A stretch of 64,000 bases of DNA from an uncultured Pseudomonadota bacterium (GCA_963836235.1 CAWIIP010000002.1:768001-832000), one strand, 5' to 3'; counted from the first letter of the stretch, positions 1-8,878 are shown. Notes: generated by a model from the letters alone, not told the origin. Made by a program: numbers and translations.

Positions 1-1
1 A

Positions 2-424
2 TTAATTGTGATTCTTGATGGGATCCAAGACAAAAAGGTTATAGAAAGCTATTACAAAAAATATGATGATACTTTTGACAAAAAGGAAAAGGTCATCAAC
101 CGCTTCAAAGAAAACATTGATACAATTTCCCAACTCTTCGATGGAAATTTATCGAATACACACTTCTCATCAAAACCTCTTTTTTATTCTTTGTTTTCCG
201 CCATTAACTCTTTTAAAGATAAAACAAACCTGAGTAAAAATTTATTCTCAAAAATATCTGCTGCGTTAACTGAAATTGACTCCGTATTGGAAAATCCGCC
301 CGATTTAGTTTCTTCTCGCCTAAGACTATTCATTGATGCTTGCACCAAACATGTAACGGATTTGGAAGCTCGCAAAATTAGATACCAATACATTCTTTCC
401 GAGATAGAAAAAAGACTTAATTAG
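2..424 (+). CDS. Partial (5'-truncated) CDS, probable C-terminal part of a DUF262 (ParB-like/GmrSD-type) protein
   Basis: Frame is open from the window edge. Segments such as GIQD...YYKKYD and FYSLF resemble DUF262 C-termini. AT-rich and 7 bp upstream of a HEPN-like gene. Confidence 0.45.
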   Translation, partial: LIVILDGIQDKKVIESYYKKYDDTFDKKEKVINRFKENIDTISQLFDGNLSNTHFSSKPLFYSLFSAINSFKDKTNLSKNLFSKISAALTEIDSVLENPPDLVSSRLRLFIDACTKHVTDLEARKIRYQYILSEIEKRLN

Positions 425-431
425 GCGCCGA

Positions 432-1049
432 ATGCCAAGTTTAAAAGTTGTTAAACAAACGTTCCATCGCGCCTTAAATGAATCGTTCGGTTTAATTCGA
501 AAAGCCAATACAATTACCGCCCAATCTCCTTCAATTTTTTCGCCAAAAGACCTCGATTATATTTATGAGATTTCATTTATTAAAATGCTTACAAGTTTCG
601 AGATTTATTTAGAAACTTCCTTTATCGGTTATCTCGAAGGTAAATCAACACGCGTGTTTAGACCCAAAAAAATCACAAAATCCCTCTCAAACGAGAAAGC
701 TTATTTATTAGTGAAAAGAGGAAGAAAATATCCTGATTGGACCACCGTTTCGGAAGTAAAAGGAATGGCGGAAATATTCTTCGATAACGGAGAACCTTAT
801 TCCAACGCGTTTGTTGGAACTGAAACTCGATTCAACGACATGAAAACCACTCGCAATGCAATTGCTCATACTTCTAGAAACGCGATAAATTTTTTTGAAA
901 CTTTAGTTAGAACAGAACTCCCCACATTGGCTTCTAATATTTCTCCAGGTCAATTTCTACGTTCTAATGAAACAACTACAAGTACAACCTACATTGAATT
1001 CTATTCCAACTGTCTTAGGTTAGCCTCAGACCAAATTGTTCGTACATGA
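432..1049 (+). CDS. HEPN-domain protein (MAE_28990/RiboL-PSP-like), putative RNase
   Basis: 205 aa, helical; N-terminal FEIYLE and C-terminal RxxxxH motif (RNAIAH); AT-rich. Confidence 0.6.
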   Translation: MPSLKVVKQTFHRALNESFGLIRKANTITAQSPSIFSPKDLDYIYEISFIKMLTSFEIYLETSFIGYLEGKSTRVFRPKKITKSLSNEKAYLLVKRGRKYPDWTTVSEVKGMAEIFFDNGEPYSNAFVGTETRFNDMKTTRNAIAHTSRNAINFFETLVRTELPTLASNISPGQFLRSNETTTSTTYIEFYSNCLRLASDQIVRT

Positions 1050-1221
1050 AATCAATTTCCTGACTCGCGAGAACAGAAAGATGGGTCAAGCTACCATCGT
1101 CCATTTCTCCGAGCCATCCTTTTTTCTTCACTCTTGTGCACAAGGAGCCTGTCTTTTTCGGCTATTGCATCCGTGACTTTTCTCATGCTTGAATGTCTTT
1201 AATTTCCAAGGAGGTGTGCCC

Positions 1222-1701
1222 ATGCCGAAAATGACGACCTGCCTGTGGTTTAATAACGAAGCGGAGGAAGCCGCGCGCTTTTATTGCGGGGTTTTCAAGA
1301 AGTCCAAGATCCTGGACATCGCCTACTACGGGCCGGGGATGCCCAAACCCGAGGGGTCCGTGCTGACTGTGCGGTTTCGGATCAACGGGCAGGAATTCCT
1401 GGCCCTCAACGGTGGCACCGAATTCCGCTTCAATATGTCCATCTCCCTTATGGTGCCCTGCAAGACCCAAAAAGAGATCGACACCCTCTGGGAAAAACTC
1501 ACCGACGGCGGGAAGGAAGTTCAATGCGGGTGGCTTACGGACAAATACGGCCTTTCCTGGCAGATCGTCCCCGCGATCCTGGGCAAGCTGGTATCCGGCA
1601 AGGACAAGGCCAGGACCAACCGGGTCATGCAAGCCGTCATGAGCATGGTGAAACTGGACCTCAAGACGCTCAAACAGGCCTATGCCGGGAAGGGGAAATA
1701 A
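1222..1701 (+). CDS. VOC/PhnB-like (3-demethylubiquinone-9 3-methyltransferase family) protein
   Basis: Motifs TCLWF..EAEEAARFY, FLALNGG, CGWLTDKYGLSWQIVP; GGAGG RBS before ATG 1222. Confidence 0.9.
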   Translation: MPKMTTCLWFNNEAEEAARFYCGVFKKSKILDIAYYGPGMPKPEGSVLTVRFRINGQEFLALNGGTEFRFNMSISLMVPCKTQKEIDTLWEKLTDGGKEVQCGWLTDKYGLSWQIVPAILGKLVSGKDKARTNRVMQAVMSMVKLDLKTLKQAYAGKGK

Positions 1702-1741
1702 CGCGTGTCCGAATTGGGTAGTGTATCGGGTTGAAAAAATC

Positions 1742-1862
1742 CGTCATTGCGAGGAGGCCGTAGTAAGGCCGACGTGGCAATCCAAACGTTCCAGAAATTG
1801 CAGTTTTTTGATTGCTTTGGGTTGCCACGTCGCCCGAAAGTCATGGGCTCCTCGCAACGACG
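1742..1862. repeat. REP/RPE-like multibranch palindromic element
   Basis: Outer arms cgtcattgcgaggag/ctcctcgcaacgacg, inner arms cgacgtggcaatccaaa/tttgggttgccacgtcg, two side hairpins; lies between convergent genes. Confidence 0.8.
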
Positions 1863-1910
1863 AATCTAAAATCAAATTTGCAAAAGTCGAGCGTTAGCTA
1901 GTCCTCAACC

Positions 1911-2945
1911 TTAAGGCCGTTCGACGCGGAAGTCCGCGTGCTTGGCAAAACGGGTTTCTCCACGGGGATGAACCGGGTCGTCCGACATCCAAGGCCATCC
2001 GCCGAACTGGGTACGTTGGTAGTCCTCGAAAGCCTGCTGAATCTCTTCCCGGGTATTCATCACGAAAGGCCCGTACTGGGACACCGGCTCGCCGATGGGG
2101 CGGCCTTGCAAGAGAAGCAGTTCGGCCTCTTGGCCGCCGTTCTCCAATAAAACATCCATGTCCGGCTCCAGTTCGACCCCGTGGCGGAGCTTCACCGGCA
2201 CGCCGCCGATAACCATAAAATCCCCCCGGAAGAAATAGAGAGTACGGTTGGTTCCTTTCTTGGCCCTCGGCAAAACCCACCGGGCCTTCGGCTCCATCTT
2301 AAGGGTCCAAATGGCCAGATCGCTTTCCGGCTTGGAAGCCCAGGAATCGGGCGGCGGAGGCAGGGCCTTCTGATCCCCCAGTTGCCCGGCAATGAGGGTC
2401 ACTTCGGTCTTTCTCCCAGCCTCGTCTTTGGCCGTCACTTTTGGAATCTTCTCCGCCCATTGCATGGAAAAATAAGGCGCGACCATCTTCCCCGCCTTGG
2501 GCAGGTTCAGCCAGATTTGGAAAAGCTCGAGCGGGTTGGGATTCTTAGGGTCGAGCAAGGGGAACATTTCCGAATGGTTGATGCCCTTGCCGGCGGTCAG
2601 CCACTGGGCGTCGCCCTGGCCGAACCGGGCGGTGGCGCCAAGGGAATCCGAATGGTCGATGAAGCCACGATTCACGACGGTCACGGTCTCGAAGCCCCGG
2701 TGGGGGTGCTGGGGAAAACCCGGCACGGTATCCCCGTGGTACATGCGCCAGCCGTCCTTGCCCTCAAAGTCGTTTCCGAGGTTACGGCCCTTCAGGTAAG
2801 CCTGGGGACCCAGCCGGTCGTTGCCCGCCGGATAGGCATCGTCGTGGTGCGCGCAAAAAAGAAAGGGATCGGCCGTTTCCCAGGGAAACCCCAGGGGTTG
2901 CACCCGCTTCACAGCTTCGGTTGTTTCTGTCTTTTTGGTTTTCAT
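1911..2945 (-). CDS. Pirin family protein
   Basis: DPFLFCAHH, GFPQHPHRGFETVT, WLTAGKGINHSE, FQIWLNLP, YGPFVMNT. Confidence 0.95.
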   Translation of the reverse strand: MKTKKTETTEAVKRVQPLGFPWETADPFLFCAHHDDAYPAGNDRLGPQAYLKGRNLGNDFEGKDGWRMYHGDTVPGFPQHPHRGFETVTVVNRGFIDHSDSLGATARFGQGDAQWLTAGKGINHSEMFPLLDPKNPNPLELFQIWLNLPKAGKMVAPYFSMQWAEKIPKVTAKDEAGRKTEVTLIAGQLGDQKALPPPPDSWASKPESDLAIWTLKMEPKARWVLPRAKKGTNRTLYFFRGDFMVIGGVPVKLRHGVELEPDMDVLLENGGQEAELLLLQGRPIGEPVSQYGPFVMNTREEIQQAFEDYQRTQFGGWPWMSDDPVHPRGETRFAKHADFRVERP

Positions 2946-3034
2946 GCCGACCCTCCTGGACTTTCGATGACTCTATCATTAGGTCGTCCGCTCCCGGGAG
3001 GCAAGGAGTTACGCGGCGGAAACCAAGGCATTGA

Positions 3035-3143
3035 ACCACCAAGGCACCAAGGGCACCAAGAAAAGCCAAACCAAGCCTTGGATCAAAACTTAGAATCTCC
3101 TTAAGGCCTTTTTCGTTCTTGGTGCCCTTGGTGCCTTGGTGGT
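3035..3143. repeat. Inverted-repeat element with CACCAAG subunits, copy 1
   Basis: Perfect 28-bp inverted repeat: accaccaaggcaccaagggcaccaagaa at 3035-3062 and its reverse complement at 3116-3143. Confidence 0.85.
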
Positions 3144-3164
3144 AAAAATGGATTTTTCCTTGCC

Positions 3165-3566
3165 TTACATCCAGCCGGTTTTCCACTGGCGGTGGGAAAT
3201 AAGCACCAAAACGAAAAGCACCAGGGGGGCGATCATATGGAAAAGGGCGCCGTCGTGGAGGGCATAAGAGGCCGAGGCGCCGAGTAAATCAAAGGAGATA
3301 CCCGCGTAGGCCCATTCCTTGAGGGTCGGGAACTTGCCGCCAAAAAGGATCGCGATGGAGCCCAATATCTTGGCCACACCCAGGATGGTGCAAAGATAGG
3401 CCGGATAGCCCAGGTCCGTGATCCCTTTGACATTCTCGGGATTGCCGATGAGCATCATCACCCCGCCCGAACCGATTGCCGATACGAAGAGAAGGGTCAC
3501 CGTCCAATAAATCACCTTGGCGGTTTTCATCCACTTCGCTTTCTTTTCAGCCACGGAAATTGCCAT
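3165..3566 (-). CDS. DoxX-like family membrane protein
   Basis: IYW..T, LGYPAY...ILGVAKILG, LKEWAYAG..FD; four hydrophobic segments; AGGAG RBS. Confidence 0.9.
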   Translation of the reverse strand: MAISVAEKKAKWMKTAKVIYWTVTLLFVSAIGSGGVMMLIGNPENVKGITDLGYPAYLCTILGVAKILGSIAILFGGKFPTLKEWAYAGISFDLLGASASYALHDGALFHMIAPLVLFVLVLISHRQWKTGWM

Positions 3567-3660
3567 TTCGAGTCTCCTTTTAGGAATTGATACACCTCTA
3601 TACTATACGACGAACAAAAAATCCAAAACTGGACATCACAAAAATGAAAAACGAAAGAAA

Positions 3661-3758
3661 TTTGAACCACCAAGACACCAAGAACAACGAAAGACAAAGG
3701 TTTAAACGATATCGAAAGTCGTCATTTTTCGCTTTTCTTGGTGTCTTGGTGGTTCAAA
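3661..3758. repeat. Inverted-repeat element with CACCAAG subunits, copy 2
   Basis: Perfect 24-bp inverted repeat: tttgaaccaccaagacaccaagaa at 3661-3684 and its reverse complement at 3735-3758. Confidence 0.85.
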
Positions 3759-3768
3759 AGTGTTTTTT

Positions 3769-4299
3769 TTATACTATTTGAATAATCTTGCTGACCGTAT
3801 TCCAATTCCTCGTGGTAGCGGAAACCTTGAACTGCTTTTCGATGAAGGCGTTGGGGAAGCCCCAGCGGCCTCCCTTGAGGGGCAGGGCTTCGCAAAAGAT
3901 ATCGGCCTTCCTCATGCCCAAAACCTTCACCCCGTCCTTTTCCGATACCAGGGGGAGTTTGGGTTTTTCCTTTAGTTCCTCGGCGATCAGAACGACGTAA
4001 GTTTTGGCGTCGGGCTTCATTCCCTTAAAGGGATTGAGTTTGAGGAGGGCCTGGAGTTCTTCCTCCGTCCTCAATAACGCCGGTACCTCATAACCCAGTT
4101 CCTTTAAGAGTTTTTTCTCAATCTTTCCCGCGAGAGTTTTCTGGTCTTTATCCGGGGACTCGAAAATCACGTTGCCGCTTTGGATGAAGGTTTTGACGTT
4201 CTTGAGCTTCAAGGCAACGAACATCTCGGTCAGGGCGTCCATCTTGACCACCCGGCCGCCCACGTTGATGCCGCGAAGGAAGGCGTAGTATTTGATCAT
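3769..4299 (-). CDS. DUF1697 family protein
   Basis: YYAFLRGINVGG, VKTFIQSGNVIF, ATTRNWNTV. Confidence 0.93.
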   Translation of the reverse strand: MIKYYAFLRGINVGGRVVKMDALTEMFVALKLKNVKTFIQSGNVIFESPDKDQKTLAGKIEKKLLKELGYEVPALLRTEEELQALLKLNPFKGMKPDAKTYVVLIAEELKEKPKLPLVSEKDGVKVLGMRKADIFCEALPLKGGRWGFPNAFIEKQFKVSATTRNWNTVSKIIQIV

Positions 4300-4308
4300 T
4301 TGATTTCC

Positions 4309-4890
4309 CTAGGGATGAAGTTTCTCGCCCTTGGCGAGCATGGCGAGGAATTGCTTAAACCGCTTTTCCCGTGTTTCCGGCTTTTTAGCGGTTTGAAGCC
4401 GGTAAATGATGGCGTAAACATTCACCCGGTTCAAGCTTTCCAGAAAGGCTTTGGCCTTCTTGTTTTTATTTACTTCTTTCAGGAAATCCTCGGGCAGGGT
4501 GGCCGTGCTTGGGGGGTGGTAGGCCTTGGCCCAACGCCCGTCCTTCTTCGCCGCCTTGATTTGCCGGCGCCCCGCGGGCTTCATCCGGCCCGCTTTAATC
4601 AACCTTTCCGCGTGGACTGTATTGTTCTTGGACCATCCGCTCTTGGGACCCCGGGAAGTGAATTTCTGAAGCCAGACCTTTTCATCATAGCGGTCCTTCT
4701 GTCCGTCGATCCAGCCATAGCAGAGGGCGCCTTCCAAAGCTTCAGCGTAGGTAACCGAACCCGCACCTGAATCTTTTTTAAAAATCTTGAGCCAAATTCC
4801 CGGAGAAGCGGAATGGTTCTGGGCCAGCCAATTTTCCCATTCCCGGAGTGACTTAAAAGGCAGAATAGCCAAGCCCTTTAGCTTTTCCAT
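4309..4890 (-). CDS. YdeI/OmpD-associated family protein
   Basis: WENWLAQNH, EALEGALCYGWIDG, WSKNN, TAKKPETREKR; GGAGGA RBS before the ATG at 4890. Confidence 0.92.
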   Translation of the reverse strand: MEKLKGLAILPFKSLREWENWLAQNHSASPGIWLKIFKKDSGAGSVTYAEALEGALCYGWIDGQKDRYDEKVWLQKFTSRGPKSGWSKNNTVHAERLIKAGRMKPAGRRQIKAAKKDGRWAKAYHPPSTATLPEDFLKEVNKNKKAKAFLESLNRVNVYAIIYRLQTAKKPETREKRFKQFLAMLAKGEKLHP

Positions 4891-4908
4891 ACCGGTTCCT
4901 CCTGCCAT

Positions 4909-5013
4909 TTAAACGGGAATAAGAATTTGGGTGACTAATTTTCCCTCGGGGGTAATTCGAGGGTCGTTCATGTAGTTCTCAATACACCAGCCAGGTACTT
5001 TCGTCAATTTCAT
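4909..5013 (-). pseudogene. 34-aa remnant of a GyrI-like small-molecule-binding protein (probable internal deletion)
   Basis: Manual translation MKLTKVPGWCIENYMNDPRITPEGKLVTQILIPV with an AAGGAGG RBS. The ExYxNDP...L.T.I.IPV ending matches GyrI-like C-termini. Confidence 0.6.
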
Positions 5014-5038
5014 GATGCCTCCTTGTTTTCATTTTATC

Positions 5039-5082
5039 CGTCGTGGCGAGGAGGCTTATTTTAAGCCGACGCGGCCATCCAA
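5039..5082. repeat. 5' half-copy of the REP/RPE-like element
   Basis: cgtcgtggcgaggag-gcttattttaagcc-gacgcggccatccaa aligns with 1742-1785. Confidence 0.65.
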
Positions 5083-5180
5083 TGTCTTCCAAAAACCGCG
5101 GTTTATGGCCTGGTAGGGTTTGCTTCCTCCGACTAAAACCGGGCTTCTTAGGGAGGCTATCCGGGCGCTATTCCCGGATC

Positions 5181-5218
5181 TTGACAGATGCATACGAAAA
5201 GGCCATATTGATGCATAT
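5181..5218 (+). promoter_or_regulatory. Sigma70-type promoter of vapBC with a probable operator
   Basis: TTGACA (5181-5186), 17-bp spacer, CATATT (5204-5209); GATGCATA repeated at 5187 and 5210. Confidence 0.7.
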
Positions 5219-5417
5219 GAGAACAACCCTGAATATTGACGATCAACTGCTCAAAACAGCATCCCAAATGACCGGTGTTGAGGAAAAAACCTCACTCGTC
5301 CGCATGGGCTTGGAATCCCTGATTCGCAGCGAGGCCGCCAAAAGGCTCGCCGCCATGGGCGGCAGTGACCCCCATGCCTCCGCCGCACCCCGCGGGCGCA
5401 GGACTCCTAAAGCGTGA
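5217..5417 (+). CDS. vapB: VapB-family antitoxin
   Basis: MRTTLNIDDQLL...TG..EKT.LV..GL..LI...AA.RLA..GG; GTGA overlap with the PIN gene. Confidence 0.88.
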   Translation: MRTTLNIDDQLLKTASQMTGVEEKTSLVRMGLESLIRSEAAKRLAAMGGSDPHASAAPRGRRTPKA

Positions 5418-5782
5418 TTTTGGTCGACACCTCCGTTTGGATCGACCATTTCCATTCTCCCGATAAGAACCTGATTTCCCTTCTGGAAAAACAAGAGGTC
5501 CTCGTTCATCCTTTCGTGATCGGGGAATTATCCCTGGGCCACTTGAAACACCGGGACCAAATTCTGCGTGACCTCCAATTGCTGTCCCGGATACCCCCCG
5601 CCCCGGACTCGGAAGTGTTGGGCTGGGTGGAGAAACAACGGCTTTTCGGAAAGGGAATCAATTGGGTGGATGCCCATCTTTTGCTGTCCTGCCTTTTGAA
5701 TGGTTCCGAATTTTGGACTAGGGACAAGATACTGCTGGTGACGGGCCGCACAACGGGCGTTAAGGCTCATTCGGGCCGTTGA
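5414..5782 (+). CDS. vapC: VapC PIN-domain toxin
   Basis: MILVDTSVWIDH, HPFVIGEL, GINWVDAHLL, WTRDK. Confidence 0.92.
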   Translation: MILVDTSVWIDHFHSPDKNLISLLEKQEVLVHPFVIGELSLGHLKHRDQILRDLQLLSRIPPAPDSEVLGWVEKQRLFGKGINWVDAHLLLSCLLNGSEFWTRDKILLVTGRTTGVKAHSGR

Positions 5783-6882
5783 AGTTTCAAAGGAAATCAA
5801 CCTTGAAAAAAACAACACTCAAAATCGTCGTCTTCTCCGCCAAGGGCGGGGGAACGGGCTGCGCCCTGCGGGCCCGCTATATCGCCGAGGCCTTTCGCAA
5901 GCGGGGCCACCAAGCTCTCTTCGTCAAACCCATCCCCTCGCTCCCCCTTTGGTTCGACATGGTTCTGTCCCTCCCCTATTATTTCCTCGTATCCCTTTTC
6001 TCCCGTTTTGACGCGGCCATGGTCATCAAGCCTTACCCCATGGCGGTCCCGGCCCTTTGGTTGCAACGCTTGAAAGGCGCCAAGATTGTGATCGACGTGG
6101 ATGACTTGGATTACGACTATAGCCGCGGGCTTTTCCGGGCCTTCCACCGGTGGCTCCAAAAGCGCTGGCCCGTCTGGGCGGACCTCGTCACCTACCACAA
6201 TCCCGAGCTCTTGACCCCCATCCGGGAATTCTTCAAGGTTCCTTCCGAGAAGCTTGTCCAATTAGCCCAGGGAGTGGATACCGATCTCTTCCGCCTGGAA
6301 AAGCCGAGATTCGAGAACCTTCCCCCCGCCGCCGCCCAACTTCAAAGCCAAAAGGACCGGGGACCCATCCTGGCCTTTACCGCCCACCTGAACGTGGCCT
6401 GCGATTTGGAACCCGTCTTGGAATCCTTCAAACTCTTGCGCCAAACCCTGCCCAAGGTCCAATTGCTGATAGCGGGGGGCGGCCCGGACGAGACCCGCTT
6501 TAAAAGGCTGGCCGGGGAACTGGGGATTGCCGAATCAGTCCATTTCACCGGCATGGTGACGCCCGAACAGGTGGCCGCCTGTTTGGGGCTGGCTGGTACC
6601 GCCCTGGTTTATTACCGGGATACCCCGGTCAACCGGCACCGGGCCTCCATGAAACTGCGGGAAGCCCTGGCCTGCGGTTGTAAGGTGGTGGCCACCGACG
6701 TGGGCGAAGCCGCCCGGTTCAAAAAGGCCCTCTTTCTTTCGAAACCGGACCCCAAATCCTACGCAAAGGCGGTTTTAGGTGCGCTGAAAGCCAAAAAATC
6801 CCCCCAAGCGGGCGCCTTACTGGTAAAAAAGTGGGACTGGATACGTTGCGTGGAACCCCTTGAAAAGGAACTTTCGAAATAA
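5779..6882 (+). CDS. Glycosyltransferase family 4 (GT-B); start uncertain
   Basis: QGVDTDLF, LLIAGGGP, VHFTGMV, MKLREALACGCKVVATDVG. Confidence 0.88.
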   Translation: MKFQRKSTLKKTTLKIVVFSAKGGGTGCALRARYIAEAFRKRGHQALFVKPIPSLPLWFDMVLSLPYYFLVSLFSRFDAAMVIKPYPMAVPALWLQRLKGAKIVIDVDDLDYDYSRGLFRAFHRWLQKRWPVWADLVTYHNPELLTPIREFFKVPSEKLVQLAQGVDTDLFRLEKPRFENLPPAAAQLQSQKDRGPILAFTAHLNVACDLEPVLESFKLLRQTLPKVQLLIAGGGPDETRFKRLAGELGIAESVHFTGMVTPEQVAACLGLAGTALVYYRDTPVNRHRASMKLREALACGCKVVATDVGEAARFKKALFLSKPDPKSYAKAVLGALKAKKSPQAGALLVKKWDWIRCVEPLEKELSK

Positions 6883-7847
6883 TGCGACGCCTAGGCTCCT
6901 TCATTTTCCTCTTCGGCATCCTTTTGTTTCTACTTCTATTAAGGATGGTCGACCTGCCCGCCACCTGGAAGCTCCTGGAATCGGCCCAACTTTCCTGGGT
7001 CGCGGCGGCTTTCCTTTTCATTATTCCCGAGGTCGTGATCAAGGGCTTTAGGCTCATCGCCCTGACCCGGGTTTTCGGGTCCCACCTGACCTTCAAGAAC
7101 TCCATTTGGATTTACCTCTCCGGACAGCCCCTAGGCGCCGTCACCCCGGCCAAGCTGGGGGATATTGTTCGTGTCTTGGGCATCGGCAAGTGGGGAAAGC
7201 TCCGGCCCCACTCGGCTTTCGCGGTGCACGTGGCGGACAAGGTTTACGACCTCTTGGCCCTGGTTCTCCTGGCGGCCACCGGCCTCATCACCCTCATCGC
7301 CCAAAGCGAATTCAAGGGCCCGGCGGTGGCGGCCCTGATGGGCATCGGCATGGGCGTCCTTTTAATGGCGCTTTTCCTGAACCCCCAATGGATGCGCTAT
7401 ATCCTCAAGCCCCTGCTTCTCTTCCTGGCCCCCCAAAAGCTGGCGGAGCAATTGAGCGCCCATGGCCGGGAATTCTATAAAGACCTCCTAACCCTCTTCC
7501 AGCCTTCCCACCGCCTGGTTTGGCCCTTCTTTCTTTCCCTGAGCGCCTGGACGGTGGTTTTGGTCCGCACTTATTTTTGCTCCCTGGCGGTGGGCTTGCC
7601 CCTTTCTTTCATCACCATCGCCCTGCTTTTGCCCATCGTCATTGTGATAGAATTCCTGCCGATCACCATTTTGGGTTTCGGAACCCGGGAGGCCGCCTTG
7701 TTCTTCCTATTCGCCACGCCGCAGGTTTCCACCGCCGGACTGCTTTCCTTTTCCTTGATGACCGTCCTGGCCGGGCCCCTTTTGACTTCCCTGGTCGGTA
7801 TCCCTTGCGCCATGCGGCTGGGTTCCGCCGTGGGGGCCAAATCATGA
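6882..7847 (+). CDS. Lysylphosphatidylglycerol-synthase TM / flippase-like membrane protein
   Basis: Multi-TM; TPAKLGDIVR and LPITILGFGTREAA motifs. Confidence 0.85.
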   Translation: MRRLGSFIFLFGILLFLLLLRMVDLPATWKLLESAQLSWVAAAFLFIIPEVVIKGFRLIALTRVFGSHLTFKNSIWIYLSGQPLGAVTPAKLGDIVRVLGIGKWGKLRPHSAFAVHVADKVYDLLALVLLAATGLITLIAQSEFKGPAVAALMGIGMGVLLMALFLNPQWMRYILKPLLLFLAPQKLAEQLSAHGREFYKDLLTLFQPSHRLVWPFFLSLSAWTVVLVRTYFCSLAVGLPLSFITIALLLPIVIVIEFLPITILGFGTREAALFFLFATPQVSTAGLLSFSLMTVLAGPLLTSLVGIPCAMRLGSAVGAKS

Positions 7848-8878
7848 GCCTTTCCTATAGCGTGGTCATCGCCGTGGACCGCACCGACAAGCCCCTTCCC
7901 GTTTTGGAAGGCTTGAAACAACTGCCACCCAGTGAAAAGCCACGGGAGATCTACGCCTGCGTGGGCAAGAATCCTTCCCTCCAGAGAAACCTGGGCGTCC
8001 AGCAATGCAAAACCGACCTGGTTTATTTTTTGGATGACGACAGTTTCGTTTGCTCCGGTACCGTCAAGCACCTTTCCTCCCACTTTGAGGACAATCGCAC
8101 CGCGGTGGCGGGCGGTCCCAACCTGGTCCCTCCCGACGCCATCTCCTTCGAGAAGACCGTCAACGCGGTTTTGGCCTCCTGGATGGGCAGCTTCAAGGTG
8201 AGAAACCGCTACGCCGCCATCGGTTCCGTCAAGGAAGCCACGGAGAAGGACCTGATCCTTTGCAACATGATGGTGCGCCGGAAGGCCTTTTTAACCGAGA
8301 GCGGTTTTCGGGTCGATCTTTATCCCAACGAGGAAAATGAGTTCTTGAACCGGCTTCTCCACAAGGGCTATCGGCTGGTTTATGACCCCCGCGGGGCCGT
8401 CTACCGTTCCCGCCGGAAGTCCCTGGGGGCCTTTTGCTGGCAGGCCTTCCGCTATGGCCGGGGCCGGGCCCGGCAAATGAAGATTTATCCCTGCTTCTCG
8501 GACATCGTGCACCTGGCCCCCGCATTTTTGCTTTTTTACCTGGTGACCCTGGTCTCGGCCTTTATCCCGAATCTTCCCGCCCTCTATAGTTCGGTTGTCC
8601 GTTCCCCTCTTTGGTGGTTGCCCATGGGGCTCTTTCTTTTGGGCGCCATTGGAACAGGCGTTTCGGCGGCTTCCTGGCACCGGCGTTTCATGGACTCCTT
8701 CAAGGTTCCGATCCTGATTTTCCTCAGGCACTTCTTTTACGGATGGGGCCTCATCGCCGGTTTCTTCACCTCCATCCCCAAACCACCCCTTGACGTGAAG
8801 GTCTTCAAGATTCAAAAGGGGCCCAAGGGAAGCCGGTTTGTTCCCCTTTCCCCAAGGTCTCCCAAGCGCAACCCTTAA
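7844..8878 (+). CDS. Glycosyltransferase family 2 with C-terminal TM helices
   Basis: QRNLG, YFLDDD (DxD), ENEF, QAFRYGRGR; ATGA overlap at 7844. Confidence 0.88.
   Translation: MSLSYSVVIAVDRTDKPLPVLEGLKQLPPSEKPREIYACVGKNPSLQRNLGVQQCKTDLVYFLDDDSFVCSGTVKHLSSHFEDNRTAVAGGPNLVPPDAISFEKTVNAVLASWMGSFKVRNRYAAIGSVKEATEKDLILCNMMVRRKAFLTESGFRVDLYPNEENEFLNRLLHKGYRLVYDPRGAVYRSRRKSLGAFCWQAFRYGRGRARQMKIYPCFSDIVHLAPAFLLFYLVTLVSAFIPNLPALYSSVVRSPLWWLPMGLFLLGAIGTGVSAASWHRRFMDSFKVPILIFLRHFFYGWGLIAGFFTSIPKPPLDVKVFKIQKGPKGSRFVPLSPRSPKRNP

Noticed and set aside
1682-1897. 71-aa ORF containing RHCEE...TWQS
   Set aside because: It is the translation of the palindromic element, not evidently a gene.
2181-3104. 307-aa plus-strand ORF and many similar overlapping ORFs
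   Set aside because: Antisense to well-supported genes (here pirin); expected in GC-rich DNA; no recognisable motifs.
3587-3781. 64-aa ORF containing NHQDTK...LGVLVVQ
   Set aside because: It is the translation of the inverted-repeat element; no GxxExxY or other domain follows.
5043-5216. N-terminal extensions in the ORF track (vapB from 5043, GT2 from 7520, ilvD from 17886, lacI from 24973)
   Set aside because: Family homology, RBS or promoter position and gene overlaps support the downstream starts.
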